Shown here in pieces: positions 53,627 through 60,846 of a stretch of 60,846 bases of DNA. This DNA is from an uncultured archaeon (GTDB taxonomy: Archaea > Nanohalarchaeota > Nanosalinia > Nanosalinales > Nanohalalkaliarchaeaceae). How positions within the stretch are numbered: the stretch's first letter is position 1; every line of letters starts with the position of its first letter. Both the position numbers and the translations under genes were made by a program. The stretch spans positions 1-60,846 of the forward strand of contig CAZTXA010000001.1 of assembly GCA_964617945.1 (NCBI GenBank), written 5' to 3'. The notes under the pieces were generated by a model, which was not told where the DNA came from, ran no database searches, and worked only from the letters and a program-made list of their open reading frames with translations.

Positions 53627-55759
53627 ATGTTCGACTGGTTCGGTGACGACCACGACGAGGAGGGGGAGGAACGGATGTCGGAGGAACGGAAGGAGGAGAT
53701 CAACGACATCCTGGACAGCTACGAGCAACGGTTTGACGCAGAGATCGGTGGTGAGACGGGCCGGGTCGCGTCCCGCGACTACCAGGCGTACCAGGAGGCT
53801 GAAGAGGAGGCGCGGAAGACGACATGGTACGAGAAACTGGTTAACAGGATTTCGTTCTTCCGGTACGAGTTCGACGACCTGGAGGAGGAGCACCGGGACG
53901 CGCTCCGCCTGATCGACTACGACCTCGAGCCTCATCAGATCGTCCCTGCAGCGCTTGTCGTGGCCGCAGTCACTGCCGTGATGGTGACGCCTGTCCTGCT
54001 TGCGGAACTCCCGACGTTGTTCAAGATATTCGCGGTCTCGGTGCCGCTCGGCATGTTCTACTATATCGCCAAGTATCCGCAGCTGAAGGCCCGGCAGAAG
54101 GTTGTGCGGTCGTCGGAGAACCTCATACTCGCAATACTTTACATGGTCATATACATGCGTTCGACGCCGAACCTTGAGGGCGCCCTCATCTTCGCGTCCC
54201 GCCATCTTGAGGGACCTGTGTCAAAGGACCTGAAGCTGTTACTGTGGCGGCTGGACGTCCGGGAATATACGACGGTCCGGGAAGCGCTCGCCGACTACAT
54301 CAACCGGTGGCGGCCCTACAACCAGGGATTCGTGCAGGCGCTTAACCTGATAAAATCGGCGACAGCCGAGGCTAAAAAGTCGAAACGGAACGCCGTGCTG
54401 GCCGAGGCGATTGACACACTTCTCGAGGATACACAGGACAGGATGGACGAGTTCGCCCACCAGCTGAAGATGCCGGTCATGGCGCTGTACGCCATCGGCA
54501 TCCTCCTCCCGGTCCTCGCTATCATCCTGTTCCCGATGATTGCAGCGTTCATGGGCGGCGGCGGGATGGCGGTATACCTTGCGCTGCTGTACAATATCAT
54601 CATCCCTGTGACCGTGTACGTCCTGATGAAAAACCTGTTGATTAGCCGACCGCTGTCGCTCTCCTCCCAGACAGGGCAGCTCATGGAGACCCATCCTGGC
54701 ATGGTGACGGTGTCGGTGCTGGACCGGGATTTCAGGTTCAATGTCGCGTTCATCAGCATCCCGCTGTTCATTGTACTCGCCGCATGGCCGCTCCCACACT
54801 ACTACCAGGCGATCATAGCCGGCAGCGGAATACCGATCGCGCCGGACACGGTCACGTTCTTCCGGGAACTCCTCCTGGTACTGGCGGTCTCGTTCCCGAT
54901 CGGTGTCCACCTCGTCGGCGGGTACCGGAGCGTCGTCCGGAAACAGGAACAGCTCCAGTCGATGGAGGACGAGTTCCCGGAGGTTCTGTTTGAACTGGCG
55001 AACGCACTGGATCGGGGGAAACCAGTAGAGCTTGCGGTGGAGGACGTTGCACGGGAGGAGAAACGGCTCGACATATCGGACATGTTCGCCGCGCTGTCCC
55101 ACAACATGCGGGAACGCGGCATGACGTTCCATGACGCGCTGTTCGACGCGGAATACGGGGCGATGAGGCAGTACCCGTCCAAGCTGATGCAGACAGTCAT
55201 GGAGGTGCTGTCCGAGTCCACCGGGAAAGGCCCGGCGGTGGCGGCCAGTGCGGCGTCAAGTATCTCGGAATACCTGCAGCGGATCAAGGAGACGCAGAAA
55301 CGGCTGGAGGAGCTTATCGAGGACACCCTGTCATCCGTCCAGTTCCTCGGATACATCCTCGCACCGGTAATCGCGGGTGTAGCGGTCGGCCTCGGAGGGG
55401 TGATATCGCTCGCGTTCGACACCATCCAGCAGGTCGCCGGCGCCGCACAGCCGGGGAATGCGACGGGGAACGCGACAACACCCGGCGGCGGGTTCGGCGG
55501 CGATACGAGTCTCGTCGGGATCTTCGAGATTCACGATGCGATCCCGCCAGGCATCCTGCAGCTCGTTGTCGGGCTGTACCTCATCCAGATATCGTTCATC
55601 ATCGGGACGATGTACGTCCGGCTCGAGGAGGGGCGGAACCCGGCGAAGCGGAACGTGATGATAGGAAAGCTGCTGCTCGTGGCGATACCCTTATATACAC
55701 TGGTAACGCTGATTTTGATCGTGGTATTCGGCAGCATGATCCAGGGGATCGGCGGATGA
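53627..55759 (+). CDS. pilC: type IV pilus platform membrane protein (PilC/TadC/FlaJ family)
   Basis: 710 aa with two blocks of TM helices separated by soluble helical domains (a duplicated T2SSF-like organisation). It starts 3 nt after the ATPase stop. Confidence 0.7.
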   Translation: MFDWFGDDHDEEGEERMSEERKEEINDILDSYEQRFDAEIGGETGRVASRDYQAYQEAEEEARKTTWYEKLVNRISFFRYEFDDLEEEHRDALRLIDYDLEPHQIVPAALVVAAVTAVMVTPVLLAELPTLFKIFAVSVPLGMFYYIAKYPQLKARQKVVRSSENLILAILYMVIYMRSTPNLEGALIFASRHLEGPVSKDLKLLLWRLDVREYTTVREALADYINRWRPYNQGFVQALNLIKSATAEAKKSKRNAVLAEAIDTLLEDTQDRMDEFAHQLKMPVMALYAIGILLPVLAIILFPMIAAFMGGGGMAVYLALLYNIIIPVTVYVLMKNLLISRPLSLSSQTGQLMETHPGMVTVSVLDRDFRFNVAFISIPLFIVLAAWPLPHYYQAIIAGSGIPIAPDTVTFFRELLLVLAVSFPIGVHLVGGYRSVVRKQEQLQSMEDEFPEVLFELANALDRGKPVELAVEDVAREEKRLDISDMFAALSHNMRERGMTFHDALFDAEYGAMRQYPSKLMQTVMEVLSESTGKGPAVAASAASSISEYLQRIKETQKRLEELIEDTLSSVQFLGYILAPVIAGVAVGLGGVISLAFDTIQQVAGAAQPGNATGNATTPGGGFGGDTSLVGIFEIHDAIPPGILQLVVGLYLIQISFIIGTMYVRLEEGRNPAKRNVMIGKLLLVAIPLYTLVTLILIVVFGSMIQGIGG

Positions 55760-55878
55760 GACGGAACGGATTGAACCTGATCATCATCGTGTTCGTCGTG
55801 GCGATCCTCCTCGGAATGCTGGCGCTGTTGACGATGCTGACCGGGATGTTCGACGCGGTCGGCGGAGCCGTCGGGTGA
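55756..55878 (+). CDS. mini prepilin-like protein (40 aa, class III signal peptide-like)
   Basis: MRRNG/LNLIIIVFVVAILLGMLALL.... ATGA overlap with the pilC stop. Below the ORF-track cut-off. Confidence 0.5.
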   Translation: MRRNGLNLIIIVFVVAILLGMLALLTMLTGMFDAVGGAVG

Positions 55879-55884
55879 TATCGG

Positions 55885-56079
55885 ATGAGACGGAAAGGTG
55901 TTGATCTGTCGCTCCGGAGCATGGTTCTCATCGTCCTCGCAGGCGTAGCTTCATTCATCTTCCTAGCCCTGTTCCTCCCCGTGATACAGGGACAGGGACT
56001 GCAGGAGACGCTTATTACGGTGGTAAACACAGTTACGCCAGGCATGGCACAGCACATCCCGAACTTCTTCGGAGGGTGA
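55885..56079 (+). CDS. prepilin-like protein (64 aa)
   Basis: MRRKG/VDLSLRSMVLIVLAGVASFIFLALFL. Confidence 0.55.
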   Translation: MRRKGVDLSLRSMVLIVLAGVASFIFLALFLPVIQGQGLQETLITVVNTVTPGMAQHIPNFFGG

Positions 56080-56702
56080 TGATGGGACGAGCCGGTATCT
56101 CCTTCACCAGTTCGACCATGGTGAAGGTACTCCTCATCGTGCTCGCGCTCGCTGTCCTGTTCGGGTTTGTGGACTGGGCGGTCGGCGGCGTCTCGACCAT
56201 CCTGGGATACGTCCAGTGGGGATCTGGTGCGGAGATGGAGGTAGATACATACAACATCGATCCCAGCGCCGATCCCCCGTTCGAGGTCACGTTCACCTTC
56301 ACTAACACCGCCTCCAGTGAACAGGAATTTTGGGTGAGGGCGCGTGGCGCCAGCGGTACGGACCTCGGATCAGCCCCGCCGGACGATCCGCAGAACAACC
56401 AGCTAACTGTGGAGGGACACGGGTCGACACGCGAGAGCATATCATACACCGGCGACACCGAGGACGTCGGCTGCCAGTTCAAACTCACTGCGTTCAAACG
56501 CTGCGAACTGGCGAGCGACCCGCTCTGTGGGTGGAAAGCCGCCCACCTCAACCAGATATCGACGATCGCGACAGCGACAGTCCGCATCCCGGAGGACCGC
56601 CGCCCGGACGCCTGGGGAGAGGACTGTCCTGCCGGCGACTCGGACGATGGCGGCTTCTGGGGTGGTGTCCTCCGCACGATGGTACGGGTCGGCCCCATAT
56701 AG
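56079..56702 (+). CDS. prepilin-like protein with a 4-Cys globular domain (paralogue A)
   Basis: MMGRAG/ISFTSSTMVKVLLIVLALAVLFGFVDW. The track starts at GTG 56076. It is paralogous to the 56796 gene (VDTYNIDPSADPPFEVT versus VDSYNVDPAASPKFEVT). Confidence 0.65.
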   Translation: MMGRAGISFTSSTMVKVLLIVLALAVLFGFVDWAVGGVSTILGYVQWGSGAEMEVDTYNIDPSADPPFEVTFTFTNTASSEQEFWVRARGASGTDLGSAPPDDPQNNQLTVEGHGSTRESISYTGDTEDVGCQFKLTAFKRCELASDPLCGWKAAHLNQISTIATATVRIPEDRRPDAWGEDCPAGDSDDGGFWGGVLRTMVRVGPI

Positions 56703-56795
56703 CACCGGGCACGGCTGCCGATCCACGGGATAACTGTATTTAAGACAGGAACCCGGAACGTACTGCGTGGACAGGACAACGGGGCTGATGGTACG

Positions 56796-57362
56796 GTGAC
56801 ACGGCGACAGGGGATTCGGTTTCTCAGCGGGACGACTGTGAAGATTATACTGGTGATGCTGGTGCTGGCAGTGTTCTTCGGGTTCGTTGACTGGGGGGTT
56901 GGAACAGCGACGGTACTCCTGGAATACGTCGGATGGGGGGAACCCGGAGACCTGAATGTCGACTCCTACAACGTCGACCCGGCCGCGTCACCGAAGTTCG
57001 AGGTCACGGCAGAGTACGTCAACGAGGAGGACAAGCCGCGAGACATATGGCTGGAGATAAGCGGGAACACGCCCGCAGGATCATCCTACCTCGGCCGGGT
57101 TCCGACCGAGGCGGACGGGCCGCTCCCTATCGGACCGGAGGACGCGTCAGGCCAGCTCACGTTCGAGTACAACGGCGACCTCCGGAACCTCGGCTGCGGG
57201 TTCACCATCGACGTGCACAGGGACTGTGTCGGCATCGTCGCCCCGATGATAGGGTGTACCGGCGTACTGCAGGAGGTATCAGACTCGCAGCGGATGATGT
57301 CGAAGTCGGTCCGGCTCGAGGGCAGCGAGGTACCGCCGGAGTGGCAGGGGAAGTGTTCCTGA
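56796..57362 (+). CDS. prepilin-like protein with a 4-Cys globular domain (paralogue B)
   Basis: GTG start. TRRQG/IRFLSGTTVKIILVMLVLAVFFGFVDW. Confidence 0.65.
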   Translation: MTRRQGIRFLSGTTVKIILVMLVLAVFFGFVDWGVGTATVLLEYVGWGEPGDLNVDSYNVDPAASPKFEVTAEYVNEEDKPRDIWLEISGNTPAGSSYLGRVPTEADGPLPIGPEDASGQLTFEYNGDLRNLGCGFTIDVHRDCVGIVAPMIGCTGVLQEVSDSQRMMSKSVRLEGSEVPPEWQGKCS

Positions 57363-57405
57363 CGCGCGAGAATATTTAAGAGACGAACCGAAACGTGGTG
57401 GTAGG

Positions 57406-57567
57406 ATGCTGAGGAGAGGAGAAGGCCGTTCCATCGGGCTCGTATTCGTTGTCCTGCTTGTTGTTGCGCTCCTCGGCGCAGTCCTCCTGCTCGGAGTGGG
57501 GAAGGGACTGGCGGACACGATAACCGCGACGCTCGATTCACGTATAGCGTCTTGGCTGGTAACATGA
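57406..57567 (+). CDS. mini prepilin-like protein (53 aa)
   Basis: MLRRGEGRS/IGLVFVVLLVVALLGAVLLLG. TATA TATTTAA at 57373-57379. Below the ORF-track cut-off. Confidence 0.5.
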   Translation: MLRRGEGRSIGLVFVVLLVVALLGAVLLLGVGKGLADTITATLDSRIASWLVT

Positions 57568-58247
57568 TACAGAGGAAAGGGTTCACCTTCAATATCCGGA
57601 TTGTGATATTTCTGGCGCTGGCGTTGATGACTGCAGTATTGCTGATAACCGTGCCGAAAGGACATGCGGAGGAGACGACACAGCGCGGGACCGAGTCGAT
57701 AGAGAACGCATCAGGTGCTGAACAGGTCTCCCGCGACCAGACCCTGATAAACCCGGGGTTTGAGGTATCCGGCCAGGGAGGGTGGACCTGTTTCGGGGAC
57801 GAGGCACGGCAGGGCGTCCCCGACTCGTGCGTGTACTTCCCGTCTCAGAGCTTTGACCCGAGCGTCGACCCGCAGGAAGGCCGCAACGTCGGGTATGTGT
57901 CGCACGGTGAAGGCGCGTGCGGGATCCACGGATTCGGGCAGCGGGTTGTCGTACCGGAGACGACCACGACGCTCGAGTTCCAGATGAAGACAGAACTCGC
58001 ACTCGGCAGGGAGGCCGGCGTCTACATCCTGGACGCGGACGGTTCTCTGATGGAGTCACGGGTGAACGAGAACACGGGCAGCCGGACAGCCACCACCTCG
58101 GCGTGGGAGGAGAAACAGGTCGACCTGTCCGGCTCTGTGGGGGATGAGGTACAGATTATCGTGGGGAACGCGGAGACCGGTTCGGACTGCGACCGCGGCG
58201 GCCAGTACAAGATATGGGTCGATGACTTCAGCTTCGCGATAAACTGA
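57564..58247 (+). CDS. prepilin-like protein with a C-terminal CBM/galactose-binding-like jelly-roll domain
   Basis: Start ATG 57564 (ATGA overlap). MIQRKG/FTFNIRIVIFLALALMTAVLLI. INPGFEVSGQGGW resembles the N.gFE.g...W opening of CBM4_9-type modules. It ends in IWVDDFSFAIN. Confidence 0.6.
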   Translation: MIQRKGFTFNIRIVIFLALALMTAVLLITVPKGHAEETTQRGTESIENASGAEQVSRDQTLINPGFEVSGQGGWTCFGDEARQGVPDSCVYFPSQSFDPSVDPQEGRNVGYVSHGEGACGIHGFGQRVVVPETTTTLEFQMKTELALGREAGVYILDADGSLMESRVNENTGSRTATTSAWEEKQVDLSGSVGDEVQIIVGNAETGSDCDRGGQYKIWVDDFSFAIN

Positions 58248-58310
58248 GGTCTGGCCACTGCGCGCAGGAAAGCCGTAACTGTATTAAGAAGGAGCGGGAG
58301 ATAAGCTACC

Positions 58311-59987
58311 ATGCTGTCGCGACGGCGGCCGGGACGGGTAACCATGCATCGTCGAGTGCGGAGCGGAGCGCTCTCCCTCGGCGTCCTGTTGACGCTTCTC
58401 GTGGTCGTTATCGTGGCAAGTGTCGCAGCGTACTCCCTCCAGGGCATCGTTACCCCGGCAGAGGAACGGGTGTCGGAGCAGACTGACCGTATCCCGGAGC
58501 GTGGTGAAACCAACGGTGGCGGGGTCGAATCGACCAATATAGAGGCCGCGCAGGAATTCGTCGTCTGCCCCGCCTCATGCGGCGCTGTTATCAATACCGA
58601 TAAGGGGTCACAGACGTTCAGTCGTTCCGGGAACTACCGGTTACCGTTCCTCAGCCTCCACAGCGGGGAGACGACAACGGTGAACAGCGTCTCCGACCTC
58701 CCGGCCGGTTGTTCAGCCTGGCTGCACCAGGATCTCCGGGGCGTGGATCAGGAACAGTGGTACTCGCAGGCTCCCGAGGGCTCCCTGGAAGTCAAAAGCG
58801 GACAGGAGCTTGAATCCCACGATGCAGAGTTCGCGGTGATAGCGCCGAAGGAACAGTCATGCCGGGAGGGCCTGAGCTTGATCCGCTACGTTGTCCGGGG
58901 AGAGCGGAACGACCACGCGGTCGGAGGTGGCAAGTTGCACACCCACGTCATCTTCAGTGCGATGCACGATTCCACGCGTGATTACCGGATAACGCTGCAG
59001 AACGAGCAGTGTGAGGTTGAACGGGATACAGGATGGAACTCGTATGGGCCGAACGCGTGGTGGTGGAAGGGCTGGAAGGTCGACGACCCTGACTCGAACC
59101 TGCACCAGCCGTACCAGGTCAATATCTGGAACCGAGAGCACTCAGCGGACGAACCAGAGTTCACTTTCGTCGGCTGCGAACCCGGTGGCTCTGAATGTCC
59201 TGGAGCGACAGGGTACGGCGAGGCCTGGTGTACGCCAGGCGAGAGCGACAGCAGTCCCGACGAGGACCCGACCATCTCTAACGTGGAATACGAGAAGAAC
59301 AGCGGGAACGAGCTCGACTTCACGGTTTCGGTCGAAAACAATGATGACTACTCCATCCGGGCGATGGTGAAGTTCGAGCAGAACAACGGCGATGTCTACG
59401 GGAACTGCCCTGGCGGTGCAGGATGCCCCACCCAGCAGATCGAGGGCGGCGGGGCAGCCGTATTCGAACACACGACGAACTGGAAGTCAGGGTACGGACG
59501 GGCCGACTTTAAACCCGACTTCGATATCTCGCTCTGGGTCGAGAATAGTGACGGCGACTTTGAGCTCGTGAACCGTGAGAACTATGAGTGCTGTCCCGGG
59601 ACGGATACGGGCAGTGGAACGGAGTCATGGGACTTCACGATAAACAGTGCCGAGATCTACGAGAACGGGCATAAGGACGCGACCACACGAAGCGATCCGA
59701 AGGCAAAGGTTACCCTGGCAGACAATTCGCATGAGGAGACGAGCAAGATTGATGACGCCCAGAATCCAGAGTGGGACGCCACCCTGTTCACGGACAAGCC
59801 GCGAGAGGCACTGACCGCGCTCACAATCGACATCGACGACTACGATGATACCACATGGGATGATGACATCGGTGAATGCGATTTCAACGTGGACGACAGC
59901 AACTTCGAGGACGGCTCAGAGTTTACACTCACCAAGTCGTGCGGGACGGTGTTCGATGTGACGTTCACAATCAGTCCCGCAGGGTGA
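58311..59987 (+). CDS. large prepilin-like protein with a Cys-rich middle region and a C-terminal C2-like domain
   Basis: RRVRSG/ALSLGVLLTLLVVVIVASVAAY. TATA TATTAAG lies 23-29 nt upstream of ATG 58311. The C-terminal part (SDPKAKVTL...NPEWDATLF...LTIDIDDYDDTTWDDDIGECDF) is C2-like. Confidence 0.65.
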   Translation: MLSRRRPGRVTMHRRVRSGALSLGVLLTLLVVVIVASVAAYSLQGIVTPAEERVSEQTDRIPERGETNGGGVESTNIEAAQEFVVCPASCGAVINTDKGSQTFSRSGNYRLPFLSLHSGETTTVNSVSDLPAGCSAWLHQDLRGVDQEQWYSQAPEGSLEVKSGQELESHDAEFAVIAPKEQSCREGLSLIRYVVRGERNDHAVGGGKLHTHVIFSAMHDSTRDYRITLQNEQCEVERDTGWNSYGPNAWWWKGWKVDDPDSNLHQPYQVNIWNREHSADEPEFTFVGCEPGGSECPGATGYGEAWCTPGESDSSPDEDPTISNVEYEKNSGNELDFTVSVENNDDYSIRAMVKFEQNNGDVYGNCPGGAGCPTQQIEGGGAAVFEHTTNWKSGYGRADFKPDFDISLWVENSDGDFELVNRENYECCPGTDTGSGTESWDFTINSAEIYENGHKDATTRSDPKAKVTLADNSHEETSKIDDAQNPEWDATLFTDKPREALTALTIDIDDYDDTTWDDDIGECDFNVDDSNFEDGSEFTLTKSCGTVFDVTFTISPAG

Positions 59988-60110
59988 CCGACGGCCTGAT
60001 CGGGATCTACGCGCGGAGACCACGTTCTTATTTAATTGGCAAGTACCAAGACAAGTCCGTTGTATGGAAAAAACGGCATTCACCAGCGGATGCTCTCTGG
60101 AGGGGGCTGC

Positions 60111-60846
60111 ATGGTAGCGCTCCTCCCGATAGGGATGAGCCGTGCAGGCCGCACAACGGATGAGACTATCTGGCTATTCGTCAAGACCCTGGCCGTCCTT
60201 CTGGTGCTGTGGTCGATCGGGAGCATGCTTATCTCATTCGAGGGGCAGATTGCAGGGGCAGAGTTCGACCTGAAATCGTTCCGGGCGGAGATAGATAAGG
60301 GGTGCTCAGTCGGGCACCAGCGGGACGAGTTCCAGTACACGTTCGAGACCGGACCGGCAGAGGTCGCTGTCACCGGGGATAGCACGTACCGGATGGAGCT
60401 CGACAACGGCCGCGTGGTGACGGCGGATGCGCAGTCCTGTGAATCGGTGGAGATGCCGAACAGTCCGATGGAGGTACCGCCGGACGGCCAGGTCCTCATG
60501 AAGCTGGAATACACAGACGATAAGTCGGTAACCATCGTGCCGGGCTGTGGCGACAACGTGTGCGGGTCCGGTGAGTCGTATGATATCTGTCCGGAAGACT
60601 GTCTCACACACGCCTCCATCGACAACCCGCAGGGCATGTACCCGAGGGATAGCGGATGGTGGCTGGTCGGGAGTGGGACCGGGGAGTCGAAGATTTTCGA
60701 ATACAACGAGGACTGGTCCTACACTGGTACAAGCTATGACTTGACCAGCGCTGATTCACGGATGCGGGATATTCACGAGGCTGACAACGGCGACTGGTGG
60801 ATGACCGGGTTCGGGGAATGGGGGATGAACAGGGAGGGCGGTGAGG
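60111..60846 (+). CDS. prepilin-like/secreted protein, 5' part (continues beyond the window)
   Basis: The frame is open from ATG 60111 to the window end and is not in the track (no stop). MSRAG/RTTDETIWLFVKTLAVLLVLWSIGSML, a CGDNVCGSGESYDICPEDC knot motif, then W/G-rich repeats. Confidence 0.55.
   Translation, partial: MVALLPIGMSRAGRTTDETIWLFVKTLAVLLVLWSIGSMLISFEGQIAGAEFDLKSFRAEIDKGCSVGHQRDEFQYTFETGPAEVAVTGDSTYRMELDNGRVVTADAQSCESVEMPNSPMEVPPDGQVLMKLEYTDDKSVTIVPGCGDNVCGSGESYDICPEDCLTHASIDNPQGMYPRDSGWWLVGSGTGESKIFEYNEDWSYTGTSYDLTSADSRMRDIHEADNGDWWMTGFGEWGMNREGGE

Noticed and set aside
51266-54205. Minus-strand ORFs of 453 aa (51266-52627), 297 aa (52669-53562) and 430 aa (52913-54205) across the pilB/pilC region
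   Set aside because: They are antisense to the ATPase and platform genes, which carry Walker and T2SSF-type features. Their composition is R/P/V/H-rich, and no motifs are recognisable.
51350-55759. Archaellum (arlI/arlJ) interpretation of the ATPase/platform pair
   Set aside because: No archaellin-type N-termini and no arlC/D/E/F/G/H-like genes are adjacent. The downstream genes are heterogeneous pilin-like proteins.
60065-60118. 17-codon upstream ORF (MEKTAFTSGCSLEGAAW) before the 60111 gene
   Set aside because: It is too short and featureless to support. It is more likely 5' leader sequence downstream of the TTATTTAAT box at about 60030.
60080-60706. 208-aa minus-strand ORF at the right edge
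   Set aside because: The plus-strand frame over the same region is open to the window end and has a pilin-like N-terminus, acidic composition and a disulfide-knot motif. The minus-strand product is S/P/R-rich.
1-60846. Search for CRISPR arrays, rRNA, transposases, toxin-antitoxin pairs or known defence genes
   Set aside because: Reading both strands turned up none. There are no regularly spaced direct repeats and no nuclease, helicase or methylase clusters.

Overview
Archaeal chromosomal segment with about 60% GC (estimated by eye) and a strongly acidic, D/E-rich, halophile-type proteome. Genes are packed very tightly: most gaps are under 100 nt, there are many ATGA/GTGA start-stop overlaps, and four convergent gene pairs share a CTAG stop. 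TTTAAA/TTTATA-type TATA boxes lie about 25-30 nt upstream of most start codons, so most transcripts look leaderless. I found no rRNA, CRISPR array, transposase or integrase. The only RNA gene I can support is tRNA-Ser(GCU).

Content from left to right:
- Housekeeping genes: Ogg-type DNA glycosylase, P2-type cation ATPase, HD hydrolase and HAD hydrolases.
- An extracytoplasmic thiol-redox island at about 5-12.5 kb. It holds VKOR, a VKOR-type Trx-like protein, DsbA, CcdA, a DUF3105-like protein, a membrane protein with an in-membrane CxxC, and three paralogues of an uncharacterised His-rich domain.
- ADP-forming acetyl-CoA synthetase (beta and alpha subunits), PAC2, PRC-barrel protein, methyltransferase, tRNA-Ser, rhodanese, a DipZ-C-like protein that lacks cysteines, and Pelota.
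- A block of about 17 kb of uncharacterised envelope proteins (22-39 kb). It includes five tandem LAGC-lipobox lipoproteins built from one beta-sandwich family, polytopic membrane proteins and two CARDB-like surface proteins.
- Trm5, Lrp, metallophosphoesterase, diphthine synthase, a bPH2/SHOCT protein and a DUF357 protein.
- A second uncharacterised module at 43-51 kb: three hyper-acidic soluble proteins, four tandem paralogous membrane proteins and two coiled-coil proteins.
- Directly next to it, a type IV pilus-like locus at 51-60.8 kb: PilB/FlaI-family ATPase, PilC/TadC-family platform and at least eight class-III-signal-peptide (prepilin-like) genes. Two of these carry lectin-like or C2-like C-terminal domains.

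The most likely undescribed systems are the two surface-protein modules (22-34 kb and 43-51 kb) and their possible coupling to the pilus machinery. The gene content and compaction would fit a small-genome halophilic archaeon (for example a DPANN/Nanohaloarchaeota-like lineage), but I cannot verify this without a database search.

All domain calls come from reading motifs by eye. No searches were run.
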